Source: a virus. Taken from it: a stretch of 49,685 nt of DNA. The position numbers and the translations under genes are program-made. How positions within the stretch are numbered: position 1 is the first letter of the stretch; every line of letters starts with the position of its first letter. Of this stretch, positions 42,903 through 49,685 are shown one piece after another. The notes beneath the pieces are model-generated. The model saw only the letters and a list, made by a program, of their open reading frames with translations, had not been told where the DNA came from and ran no database searches. Location of the stretch: the IMG/VR virus record IMGVR_UViG_3300044652_000026, positions 1 to 49,685 of that record; one strand, written 5' to 3'.

Positions 42903-43169
42903 ATGAACCGCAGTCGACCGAAAGGAACTGCTATGGATTTCCCGATGGGCGCCGAGGTCACTTTCGCGGACGCCTCGGCCACGACCAGCACCGAGGAGGT
43001 CGGGGTGGCGAAGGGCACGGTTAACGGCCCGTCGATCCACGATCCCGAGACGGGCAAGGTCACCCATGTTCCCGTCTGGGCCGAGCGCGACAACGGCCGC
43101 GAGCCAACGACCGTCTTCGTTGCCATCGACAATATCCTCAATCCTGCGGCTGACGAGCATTGTGGCTGA
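42903..43169 (+). CDS. Hypothetical 88-aa protein, probably leaderless (alternative ATG 42933)
   Basis: MNRSRPKGTAMDFPMGAEV..., in frame with the 3' part of track ORF 42681.. Confidence 0.55.
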   Translation: MNRSRPKGTAMDFPMGAEVTFADASATTSTEEVGVAKGTVNGPSIHDPETGKVTHVPVWAERDNGREPTTVFVAIDNILNPAADEHCG

Positions 43170-44040
43170 GAACTCCCGCATCGCCTGGACGGATCACTCG
43201 TTCAATCCGTGGACTGGCTGCCAGCGCGTCTCGAAGGGCTGCGTCCACTGTTATGCCGAGACGTGGGCGAAGCGCACCGGCCGCGACATCTGGGGCGCCA
43301 AGGGCAAGCGCAAGCGGACGTCGAAGTCGATCTGGGCGAAGCCGAAAACCTGGAACCATGTCGCCGTTCTTGAGCGCCGCCCCCGCAAGGTGTTCTGCGC
43401 CTCCCTCGCCGACGTCTTCGAGGACGCGCCGGGACCGAACGAATGGCGGGGCGATGTCTGGGAGTTGATCCGCGCCTGCCCCTGGCTCGACTTCCAGCTG
43501 CTCACGAAGCGGCCGGAGAACATCGCAGCGATGCTGCCCGACGACTGGGGCCGCGGCTGGCCGAACGTCTGGCTCGGGACCTCGATCGAGGATCGCGAGG
43601 TCGTCGAGCGCGCCCGCGTCCTCTCCGCGGTCCCGGCCTTCGTGCGCTTCATCAGCTACGAGCCGGCGATCGGGCCGGTATTTTACGACGACTGGACCAC
43701 CGGCGATAAGCCCCTCGCCTTCTGGAGTGACGAAGGCCCGAGCGCCCGAGCGAACGGCGAATCGCCCCCGCAACTCGACCTCGAAGGAATCCACTGGCTG
43801 ATCGCCGGCGGCGAGAGCGGCCCCGGCCACCGCGAAATGAAGCTGGAGTGGGCGATGGACGCGCGGGCGGAATGCGAGCAAGAGGGCGTCGCCTTCTTCT
43901 TCAAGCAGATCGCCGCCTTCCGCAACGAGCAGGGCGCTGATGCGCTCGGCCGCCCGATCCGCGAGTTCCCGGCCAGCTGGGACCGCGCCGATGTCGACAC
44001 GAATCCGATCTACGCCCCCAAAGGGTCAATGCTGCGCTGA
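43162..44040 (+). CDS. Gp37/Gp68-family (DUF5131) protein with a three-Cys motif
   Basis: GTG 43162. IAWTDHSFNPWTGCQRVSKGCVHCYAE ... FQLLTKRPENI ... WLIAGGESGPG ... FFFKQ matches the family pattern. Confidence 0.7.
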   Translation: MAENSRIAWTDHSFNPWTGCQRVSKGCVHCYAETWAKRTGRDIWGAKGKRKRTSKSIWAKPKTWNHVAVLERRPRKVFCASLADVFEDAPGPNEWRGDVWELIRACPWLDFQLLTKRPENIAAMLPDDWGRGWPNVWLGTSIEDREVVERARVLSAVPAFVRFISYEPAIGPVFYDDWTTGDKPLAFWSDEGPSARANGESPPQLDLEGIHWLIAGGESGPGHREMKLEWAMDARAECEQEGVAFFFKQIAAFRNEQGADALGRPIREFPASWDRADVDTNPIYAPKGSMLR

Positions 44041-44090
44041 AATCCAGGGGGGGCTTCGACCTCTCTCGCCCGCCACCCGAAAGGACCCCC

Positions 44091-44687
44091 ATGAAGATCA
44101 AGAACACCCGCGAGTTGCGTCTCCGCGCCGCCGCTCACACGAAGCTCGACCACGTCAAGCAGGGCACCTATGGCCGCGTCAGGTGCAACGGCCACGCCGA
44201 ATACAAGGGCTGCGCCGTCGGCTGTCTATCGACCCCGCATCGGAAAAGGGACCTGCTGAAATTCGCCAAGGAAGTTTTTGCGTCGTCGCCCTGGCTGAGC
44301 AAACAAGAGGGAGCGTGGGTTGAGGTCCGTGGCATAGGCTATTCCCAGCGTGAAGCCCTCGCCGCCGAATTCGGAATCTGCGAGCGCCTGGGAGTCATGG
44401 CCGAAGGCTTCTTTGAGGCTCAGATCACCCACTCCGAGGCGATCGACTTCATCCGCGACTTCGCCTACGCCCTGCCCGAGGGCATCGATATTGATGAGGA
44501 GCATTGCCGCGCGTTCCTGCGTCGCGAAGGACTGCCGGAGGGAGGCCCCTACGGCCTCTTGCAAGATGCGGTTCGGGTTCCCCGAAACCCCGCTAGAACT
44601 CGGGAATTGACCGAGGGCTTCCTGCAATGGCTCCGTGCCGGTGCGCGCGTCTCGAAGATGCCGCGCAGGGAAGCCGTCGCTGCGTGA
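44091..44687 (+). CDS. Hypothetical 198-aa protein
   Basis: GAAAGGA SD. Contains the Cys cluster RCNGHAEYKGCAVGC. Confidence 0.6.
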   Translation: MKIKNTRELRLRAAAHTKLDHVKQGTYGRVRCNGHAEYKGCAVGCLSTPHRKRDLLKFAKEVFASSPWLSKQEGAWVEVRGIGYSQREALAAEFGICERLGVMAEGFFEAQITHSEAIDFIRDFAYALPEGIDIDEEHCRAFLRREGLPEGGPYGLLQDAVRVPRNPARTRELTEGFLQWLRAGARVSKMPRREAVAA

Positions 44688-44758
44688 CGTCATCTACCTG
44701 CACGACCGCGATCGCCGTCGGCACGCCCTCGCCGCAGCGGTGTTGATCCGCGCCGACG

Positions 44759-45346
44759 GTGAGCGGTACCATGCCCTTCGTGCCGCCAGGGCGTCCCTCT
44801 AAGATTCACGACCGCGTCACCCTCCCCTCGATGGAAGGGATCGGCCCCGAGCGGGAGCTACCGATCACCGAGGCGATCTGCCTGCTGCTCGAACACGGCA
44901 GCTACCCGACCAACGCCGCCAAGGCATGCGGGGTAAGCGAGTCCACCTTCTCCAACTGGCTCCGGTACGGCGCGGAGTGGGATGACACCCCGATCGAGGA
45001 GGTCCCCGAGGACCGGCGCCCCTTCGTCGAATTCTTGGGCGCCGCAACGCGCGCGGAGGCAAGGGGCCTCGTCTGGCATGAGCAGAACGTCCGTCGCTCC
45101 GCCGCCGCCAGCCGCGACCGCGACGGCCGCCTGTCGCTGGAGTTCCTGGCCCGCCGCCAGCCGAAGGTCTACTCGAAGCGAATCGAGGTCAAGACGGACC
45201 CGACCGACCGCCGCCCCTCGGGGATCGACGCCGAGCTTGCCAGCCGCGCCCAAGAGACGTTCCTGACCGCCGTGCTTCCTTCCGACCTCTCCCCCGACGA
45301 CTTCCTGCCGCCGATCGAGGACGAGGCGGAGGCTCCAGCGACATGA
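44759..45346 (+). CDS. Terminase small subunit candidate (HTH-containing)
   Basis: NAAKACGVSESTFSNWLRYG ... FVEFLGAATRAEARGLVWHEQNV ... LEFLARRQPKVYSKR resembles small terminases. Start could be ATG 44771. Confidence 0.55.
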   Translation: MSGTMPFVPPGRPSKIHDRVTLPSMEGIGPERELPITEAICLLLEHGSYPTNAAKACGVSESTFSNWLRYGAEWDDTPIEEVPEDRRPFVEFLGAATRAEARGLVWHEQNVRRSAAASRDRDGRLSLEFLARRQPKVYSKRIEVKTDPTDRRPSGIDAELASRAQETFLTAVLPSDLSPDDFLPPIEDEAEAPAT

Positions 45347-45531
45347 GCAGACGCCGGGAAGGTCTGTGGCTTGCTGCCCGGGGAGCGATCCTCCTACTTG
45401 CTTGGGCCTGCTTGACGCTCGCCATCATCGCCCTCGTCGGCGGTGAATTTCTCATCTGCTTCCTATGGCTAGGAATATCCGTCGGCTTCGTCTATTGCGA
45501 GTCTCAAGTGCCCAGGGCACCTTCCCGATGA
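45343..45531 (+). CDS. 62-aa two-TM membrane protein
   Basis: ATGA-coupled. GAILLLAWACLTLAIIALVGGEFLICFLWLGISVGFVY. Confidence 0.55.
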   Translation: MSRRREGLWLAARGAILLLAWACLTLAIIALVGGEFLICFLWLGISVGFVYCESQVPRAPSR

Positions 45532-45671
45532 AACCGCATACCCCGAAGGGGTCGATCTTCCCGATGCCTGACCTCGACCCCGAGTTGAAGGAAGGAATCG
45601 AGCTTCGCACCTGGACCGCGGATATGCGGCCCCTCTGGCGGCGACTCGTCGAGCGCGTCTTCGGCATCTAG
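45528..45671 (+). CDS. Hypothetical 47-aa protein
   Basis: Internal ATG 45528 of track ORF 45465.., ATGA-coupled. Confidence 0.45.
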   Translation: MKPHTPKGSIFPMPDLDPELKEGIELRTWTADMRPLWRRLVERVFGI

Positions 45672-45702
45672 GCGTCCGCAGCCGAGGCTAGATTCGCCCG
45701 GC

Positions 45703-46023
45703 ATGAGGCCGATCGACAAGCTGCGGCGCGTCCTTGCAGGCAAGCAGGGATTCGATGAGGCCGTAACCCGCAGCCGCGTCGCGGACTTCATCGTCGATTA
45801 TCAGGCCCTGTGTGAAGCCTTCGGCCCCTGGCAGTACGCGGCCGACGTCGGTGCGCCCGTCAACGCCGACCTGCGCACGGTCGCCTACCTGGCGGTCTGG
45901 CGCGACGGGCCGACGCTGCGAGTCTGGGAGCATGTGCTTGCCGTCGATGCGGTCGACCTCGTCATCGACGCCGCCGTTGCGGGCTTCCAGGCGTACCTTG
46001 CCGCGCACCCCGCCGAGGCGTGA
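45703..46023 (+). CDS. Hypothetical 106-aa protein
   Basis: GC3-rich. Its stop lies inside the next promoter's -35. Confidence 0.6.
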   Translation: MRPIDKLRRVLAGKQGFDEAVTRSRVADFIVDYQALCEAFGPWQYAADVGAPVNADLRTVAYLAVWRDGPTLRVWEHVLAVDAVDLVIDAAVAGFQAYLAAHPAEA

Positions 46024-46048
46024 CAAAGCGCAAGTAGTCCTGTAGGCT
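46020..46048 (+). promoter_or_regulatory. Family promoter GTGACA-AAGCGCAAG...-TAGGCT (17-nt spacer)
   Basis: gGTGACAAAGCGCAAGtagtcctgTAGGCT. The downstream gene has a leader with a GAGGA SD. Confidence 0.6.
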
Positions 46049-46084
46049 CGGCCGACTAGAAACCACCGCGAAAGCGAGGAACTA

Positions 46085-46420
46085 ATGAAGGTCATCACCC
46101 GAGTAAAGGACGGCGTCTGCGTCCTCGACATCATCGACGCTAGCGACAACACGACGGTCCGCTCCGAGACGGTCGAGGAGGGCCAGCAGGTCGCGATCGT
46201 CGCAACGACCGCCTCCAGCGCCGCCGACCTAGAGGTCTACGGACCCGAAGCGATCCCCGAGGCAGAGGCCGAATCCGCCGAATCGGGCCAGGGCGAAGGC
46301 GAAGGGGAGGCGCAGGAAGGCTCGACCGCAGGGAGTCAGCCCGGCACGACCGCCGAGGGGGCTGAGGAGCCCGCCGATGCCGGTGGCACTCCCGCCGAGG
46401 GCGAGGAACCGACCTCCTGA
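46085..46420 (+). CDS. Small protein with a compact N-terminal domain and a strongly acidic disordered tail
   Basis: MKVITRVKDGVCVLDIIDASDNTTVRSETVEEGQQVAIV... then EAEAESAESGQGEGEGEAQEG...AEGAEEPADAGGTPAEGEEPTS. Confidence 0.65.
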   Translation: MKVITRVKDGVCVLDIIDASDNTTVRSETVEEGQQVAIVATTASSAADLEVYGPEAIPEAEAESAESGQGEGEGEAQEGSTAGSQPGTTAEGAEEPADAGGTPAEGEEPTS

Positions 46421-46445
46421 CGCGCTGAGCGCCGATCTGCGGGGC

Positions 46446-46471
46446 GGGGGAGGGTTTCGCGACCCTTTCCC
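46446..46471 (+). terminator. 10-bp stem (2 G-U pairs) hairpin after the acidic-protein gene; weak terminator candidate
   Basis: gggggagggt-ttcgcg-accctttccc. Confidence 0.4.
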
Positions 46472-46472
46472 C

Positions 46473-46500
46473 TTGCTCCGCCGTCAGCAGGCGCTAGGAT
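46473..46500 (+). promoter_or_regulatory. Promoter candidate TTGCTC-16-TAGGAT
   Basis: ATG 46508 lies 7 nt after the -10. Confidence 0.45.
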
Positions 46501-46507
46501 GGCTGCC

Positions 46508-46819
46508 ATGAACGATCCCCGCTTCGAGGTCTTTCCGGTCATGCAGACCCGACGGGGAACCTATGTCGAGCATCCAACCAAGGGCAGAATCGATGTCGCC
46601 GACGCTCAGGAGCCGAGTGGCGAGTTCGGCTGGCGCTTCCGCGATGCCAACGGCCGGATCACCTTCATCGGCGGCGAGGGCTTCACTCGGCGCGAGGACG
46701 CGCACCGGGCCGTCAAGGGCGCCGTAGAGGATGTTCTGACGCTCGCCTACGCGCCGCTGACGCTTGCCCACACGAGCGACGTGCTGGAGCGCTTGCAGAT
46801 CGTCGACGTCGAGGAGTAG
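46508..46819 (+). CDS. DUF1508 (YegP-like) domain protein
   Basis: GEFGWRFRDANGRITFIGGEGFTRREDAHRAVKGAVEDV matches the YegP repeat pattern. The track starts at ATG 46499, which overlaps the putative -10. Confidence 0.55.
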   Translation: MNDPRFEVFPVMQTRRGTYVEHPTKGRIDVADAQEPSGEFGWRFRDANGRITFIGGEGFTRREDAHRAVKGAVEDVLTLAYAPLTLAHTSDVLERLQIVDVEE

Positions 46820-46848
46820 CCCATGTCCTCGCCGGCGGTCGCCTCGGA

Positions 46849-47595
46849 ATGAGCCGGAGCGTGGCCGTCGTGAAGCCTTACTACGAGGCGGGAGGCATCG
46901 CCATCTATCACGGCGATGCCCTTCACGTTCTGGCGGACCTGGCTCTCGCAGAGGACAGCGTCGACGCTGTCATTACCGATCCGCCCTACGCTTCGGGAGC
47001 GCGCACCGAGGCCGCTAAGAGGTCGAGCGGGCAGATGCTACGCGGCGGGCGCTTTGCGAAGCCGATCCAGAACGATCAGATGACGACGCAGGGCTTCCTC
47101 TGGCTGATGCGCGAGTTGCTTTACGCGGTGCGCCCCTTGCTTCCCGAGGGCGCGTCGATCCTCTCCTTCATCGACTGGCGCCAGTGGCCACATCTGCTCG
47201 GCGCCGTCGAGTCGGTCAACTACAGGGTGAACACGATGATCACCTGGGACAAGGTTTCCTTCGGCATGGGGAACGGCTTTCGGCAGCAGCATGAGTTGAT
47301 CCTGCATGCCTCGAAGGGGACGCCGACCGTCTACGACCGCAGCGTCGGAAACGTGCTGAGCTTCCCGCGGGAAAACAACCCGGACCACCCATCTCCGAAG
47401 CCACTGGCGCTAATGGACGCCTTGCTACGAGTGATCACTGACGTCGACGGCCTGATCCTCGATCCGTTCATGGGCGGCGGCGCCACCCTTCGCGCCGCGA
47501 AGAACGCCGGGCGCCGAGCGCTCGGCATCGAGGTCGAGGAGCGCTACTGCGAGTTCGCCGCCCAGCGCCTCGCGCAAGAGGTCCTGGCACTGTGA
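46849..47595 (+). CDS. DNA methyltransferase, beta-class N6-adenine/N4-cytosine family (orphan)
   Basis: Motif IV VITDPPYASG is N-terminal. HPSPKPLALMDALL. Motif I ILDPFMGGGATLRAAKNAGRRALGIE is C-terminal. No adjacent endonuclease. Confidence 0.85.
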   Translation: MSRSVAVVKPYYEAGGIAIYHGDALHVLADLALAEDSVDAVITDPPYASGARTEAAKRSSGQMLRGGRFAKPIQNDQMTTQGFLWLMRELLYAVRPLLPEGASILSFIDWRQWPHLLGAVESVNYRVNTMITWDKVSFGMGNGFRQQHELILHASKGTPTVYDRSVGNVLSFPRENNPDHPSPKPLALMDALLRVITDVDGLILDPFMGGGATLRAAKNAGRRALGIEVEERYCEFAAQRLAQEVLAL

Positions 47596-49190
47596 CCGGC
47601 CCGACCGCCACCGAGCGCCGGGAAAAGCGCGTCGCCCTCGCCGTCAGTAACCCGGTTTTCTTCGGCGAGACGTACATCAGGCCCTACGACGACAACTGGG
47701 ACGGGCCGCTGCCCGCGGTGCCGTGTCAGATGCTCGGCTTCGCGATGAGCGTCCGGCGAGGCGTGATCATGACGCCGCCCGAGTTCCTGAAGACGACGAC
47801 GATCAGCCAGGTCTACCCGCTCTGGCTCACCTACCGCTATGCGCAGGCCCGGCGCCTGTCGGCTCTGCATGGCGCCCTGATGTCCGAACTCCAAGAGCTT
47901 GCCGAACGCAACCTCTCGGTGATCGCCTGGCATATCGAGAACAACCCCGATCTGCGCCGCGACTTCGTCGATGTCCACGGTCGCCCGCTAGTCGAGCCGG
48001 ACCCCGATCAGGACAAGTGGACCGACGAGGAAATCATCGTCCGCCGCCCGACGCCCTCGAAGGACCCAACCTGGCAGGCCAAGGGCGTGAAAACCACGAT
48101 CCAGGGCGCCCGGCTCAACCACTTCATCGGCGACGACATGGTCACGCCGGGGTCGGCGAAATCGGCCGCCAAGCAGCGCGACGCCCTCAACCGCTGGGAC
48201 ACCGAAGTCACGACCCGCCTCGTCGCCAACGGCCAGGCGATCATCGCCGGTAACTTCAACCACGCGAAGGACCTGCTGTCGACGGTAGCCGCGCGCTCCA
48301 GCTACCGGGTCCTGCGACGGCCGAGCCTGCACGTCCCCGGCAACCCCGAAGAGGCGCCCGAGGACCCACGCGATCCGAAGGCGGTCGTCGCCCTGCCGGA
48401 GAAGTGGCCGCGATCGCGCCTGCTCGCCGAGCTATCGGAGAAGCCCTTCCAGTTCCCGATCATCCACCTGCTGCGCTCGGCGACGAAGGGCGGGACGCTT
48501 TTGCGCGAGGCGTGGGTGACGCGGATCACGCTCGACGACATCCGCCAGCAGGGCCGAACGATCCTCTTCGCTCTCGACCCGGCTCCCGGCGCCGAAGTCG
48601 ACCCCGACCCGTCCTTCTTCACGATCACGGTCGGCATCCTCACGCCGAAGCACCTGGATATCGTCGAGTCCTTCGCCGCCCGCATGGAGCCGACCGAGCA
48701 GGTCGAGCTTCTGTCGTCGATGGTCGCCGCCCGGCGCGAGCAGGGCCACGTCGGCGGGATCGGCATCTCGAAGGTCGCCCTGGACAAGTACGCCCGCGGC
48801 GCCTTCGAAGTCGGCGACCCGAGCCTGCGCCCGCTGCTGCACCCGCACTCGATCACCGAAAAGGACACCACGAAGACGGAGCGGCTGGGGCAGCTGGGGA
48901 CCTACTTCAAGGGCGGCTGGGCGCGCGTCACCGAGGACGCCTGGCACGCGAAGACGTCCGGTCCCGACGATCGCGAGCAAGAGACGACGCTCGCCGAGGA
49001 GTGGGTCAGCCTGCCGATGCAGCGCCACGACGACCGCCTCGACGGCGTGGATGTGCTTATTAGGGAGGCGCTGTCGCTCGGCGGCCATCCAGGCTCGCAG
49101 TCGATGGTGTTCGCTGGCGACGGCACCGATGACGCGACACGCGAGGTTGAGGATCCGATCACCGCGGGGATCCTCGAAAAGCGTTGGTAG
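47592..49190 (+). CDS. terL: Terminase large subunit
   Basis: 532 aa, GTGA-coupled to the methyltransferase. Deviant Walker-A-like PPEFLKTTT, Walker-B-like LNHFIGDDMV, and C-terminal RNaseH-like ILFALDPA...FFTITVG. Confidence 0.7.
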   Translation: MTGPTATERREKRVALAVSNPVFFGETYIRPYDDNWDGPLPAVPCQMLGFAMSVRRGVIMTPPEFLKTTTISQVYPLWLTYRYAQARRLSALHGALMSELQELAERNLSVIAWHIENNPDLRRDFVDVHGRPLVEPDPDQDKWTDEEIIVRRPTPSKDPTWQAKGVKTTIQGARLNHFIGDDMVTPGSAKSAAKQRDALNRWDTEVTTRLVANGQAIIAGNFNHAKDLLSTVAARSSYRVLRRPSLHVPGNPEEAPEDPRDPKAVVALPEKWPRSRLLAELSEKPFQFPIIHLLRSATKGGTLLREAWVTRITLDDIRQQGRTILFALDPAPGAEVDPDPSFFTITVGILTPKHLDIVESFAARMEPTEQVELLSSMVAARREQGHVGGIGISKVALDKYARGAFEVGDPSLRPLLHPHSITEKDTTKTERLGQLGTYFKGGWARVTEDAWHAKTSGPDDREQETTLAEEWVSLPMQRHDDRLDGVDVLIREALSLGGHPGSQSMVFAGDGTDDATREVEDPITAGILEKRW

Positions 49191-49211
49191 CGCCGCGCCA
49201 CGCGATAGAGT
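49184..49211 (+). promoter_or_regulatory. Promoter candidate TTGGTA-16-TAGAGT
   Basis: The -35 overlaps the terL stop; read directly. Confidence 0.35.
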
Positions 49212-49231
49212 CCCCACCGCTGACGATCAGT

Positions 49232-49269
49232 GGCGCCGGGGTACGGGATTCCAGGGAGGCCCCGGCGCC
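49232..49269 (+). terminator. Perfect 10-bp GC stem hairpin downstream of terL (no U-tract)
   Basis: ggcgccgggg (49232-49241) pairs with ccccggcgcc (49260-49269). Confidence 0.45.
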
Positions 49270-49297
49270 GCGAATCTACCACCGAAAGGACTTCCCG

Positions 49298-49468
49298 ATG
49301 CCGAAGACAATGCAGGAAACCGACACGGAGCGGCTGAGGGCGCTCGCTGACCTTGGGCGCAGCTGCCAGAACTTCGCCGACTCCGAGGCGCGCCGAAGGA
49401 TCGAGGATGCCATAGCCTCGGCAACCCAAGATGTCCTGATGATTACTCCAGAGAGGAGTGCCGCATGA
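49298..49468 (+). CDS. Hypothetical 56-aa protein
   Basis: Internal ATG 49298 of track ORF 49184.., preceded by a GAAAGGA SD. Confidence 0.55.
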   Translation: MPKTMQETDTERLRALADLGRSCQNFADSEARRRIEDAIASATQDVLMITPERSAA

Positions 49469-49685
49469 ACATCGACCAGGCCCGCCGACTCGTTACCCTG
49501 CACGACAACGTCGACCGCGCGCTCGCCAATCTGCGCAACGCGAACTCGATGGCGAGCGACGACCCCCGCGCCCCCGAGCTTCTGAGCGAAGCGGGGGATG
49601 CCTACGCTGAGGCGCTGACTGCCCTATATACCGAACAGGCTGCTGTCGTCAGCGGCCATACGGTCCTGCGCGAGGAGTTTCCTGC
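49465..49685 (+). CDS. 5' part of the hypothetical protein completed at 1..224 (same gene across the junction)
   Basis: ATGA-coupled ATG 49465; open to the window end. Confidence 0.65.
   Translation, partial: MNIDQARRLVTLHDNVDRALANLRNANSMASDDPRAPELLSEAGDAYAEALTALYTEQAAVVSGHTVLREEFP
49559..49685. repeat. Exact 127-bp direct terminal repeat, copy 2
   Basis: Identical to 1..127. Confidence 0.97.

Noticed and set aside
44635-44802. Alternative-frame ORF bridging the 44688-44758 gap (VIYLHDRDRRRHALAAAVLIRADGERYHALRAARASL)
   Set aside because: It needs a GTG start inside the upstream gene, overlaps both neighbours, and its first third is Arg-rich. There is not enough support to call it.

Overview
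The window is one complete high-GC tailed dsDNA phage genome. Its first 127 bases recur exactly as its last 127 bases, leaving 49,558 bp of unique sequence, so the contig closes into a circle or is terminally redundant. About 90 genes are tightly packed and often overlap at ATGA/GTGA junctions. Nearly all lie on the + strand. In circular order the genome runs: small terminase, an inserted block of small genes with an orphan DNA methyltransferase, large terminase, a fibre-like gene, a minus-strand cassette of secreted and membrane proteins, and a portal-MuF fusion. Next come an inserted early-type operon, protease/scaffold, a decoration protein, the major capsid protein, a collagen-like fibre and connector genes. 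The contractile tail module follows: sheath, tube, a frameshifted chaperone pair, tape measure, a LysM protein, a hub-peptidase fusion, a spike-beta-helix fusion, an embedded glycosyltransferase, and gpW/J/I-like baseplate proteins. After that come early operons (MazG-like protein, Rad52-like annealase, Cas4/RecB-like exonuclease, RusA, a DUF5131 protein, many small zinc-ribbon proteins), a second minus-strand cassette with an Rpf-like transglycosylase, and a lysis cassette. No integrase, repressor, polymerase, canonical tRNA or CRISPR array was recognised. The most unusual signals are regulatory or RNA-level. A 16-nt motif (CTTGACAAAGCGCAAG) is fused to at least five near-identical promoters. 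A recurrent TAnnnT-N6/7-ATG geometry implies leaderless mRNAs. Several ORF-free structured segments are present. A degenerate tRNA-like element ends in an encoded CCA. Short identical sequences recur at gene junctions. All homology statements come from motifs read by eye; no database search was possible.
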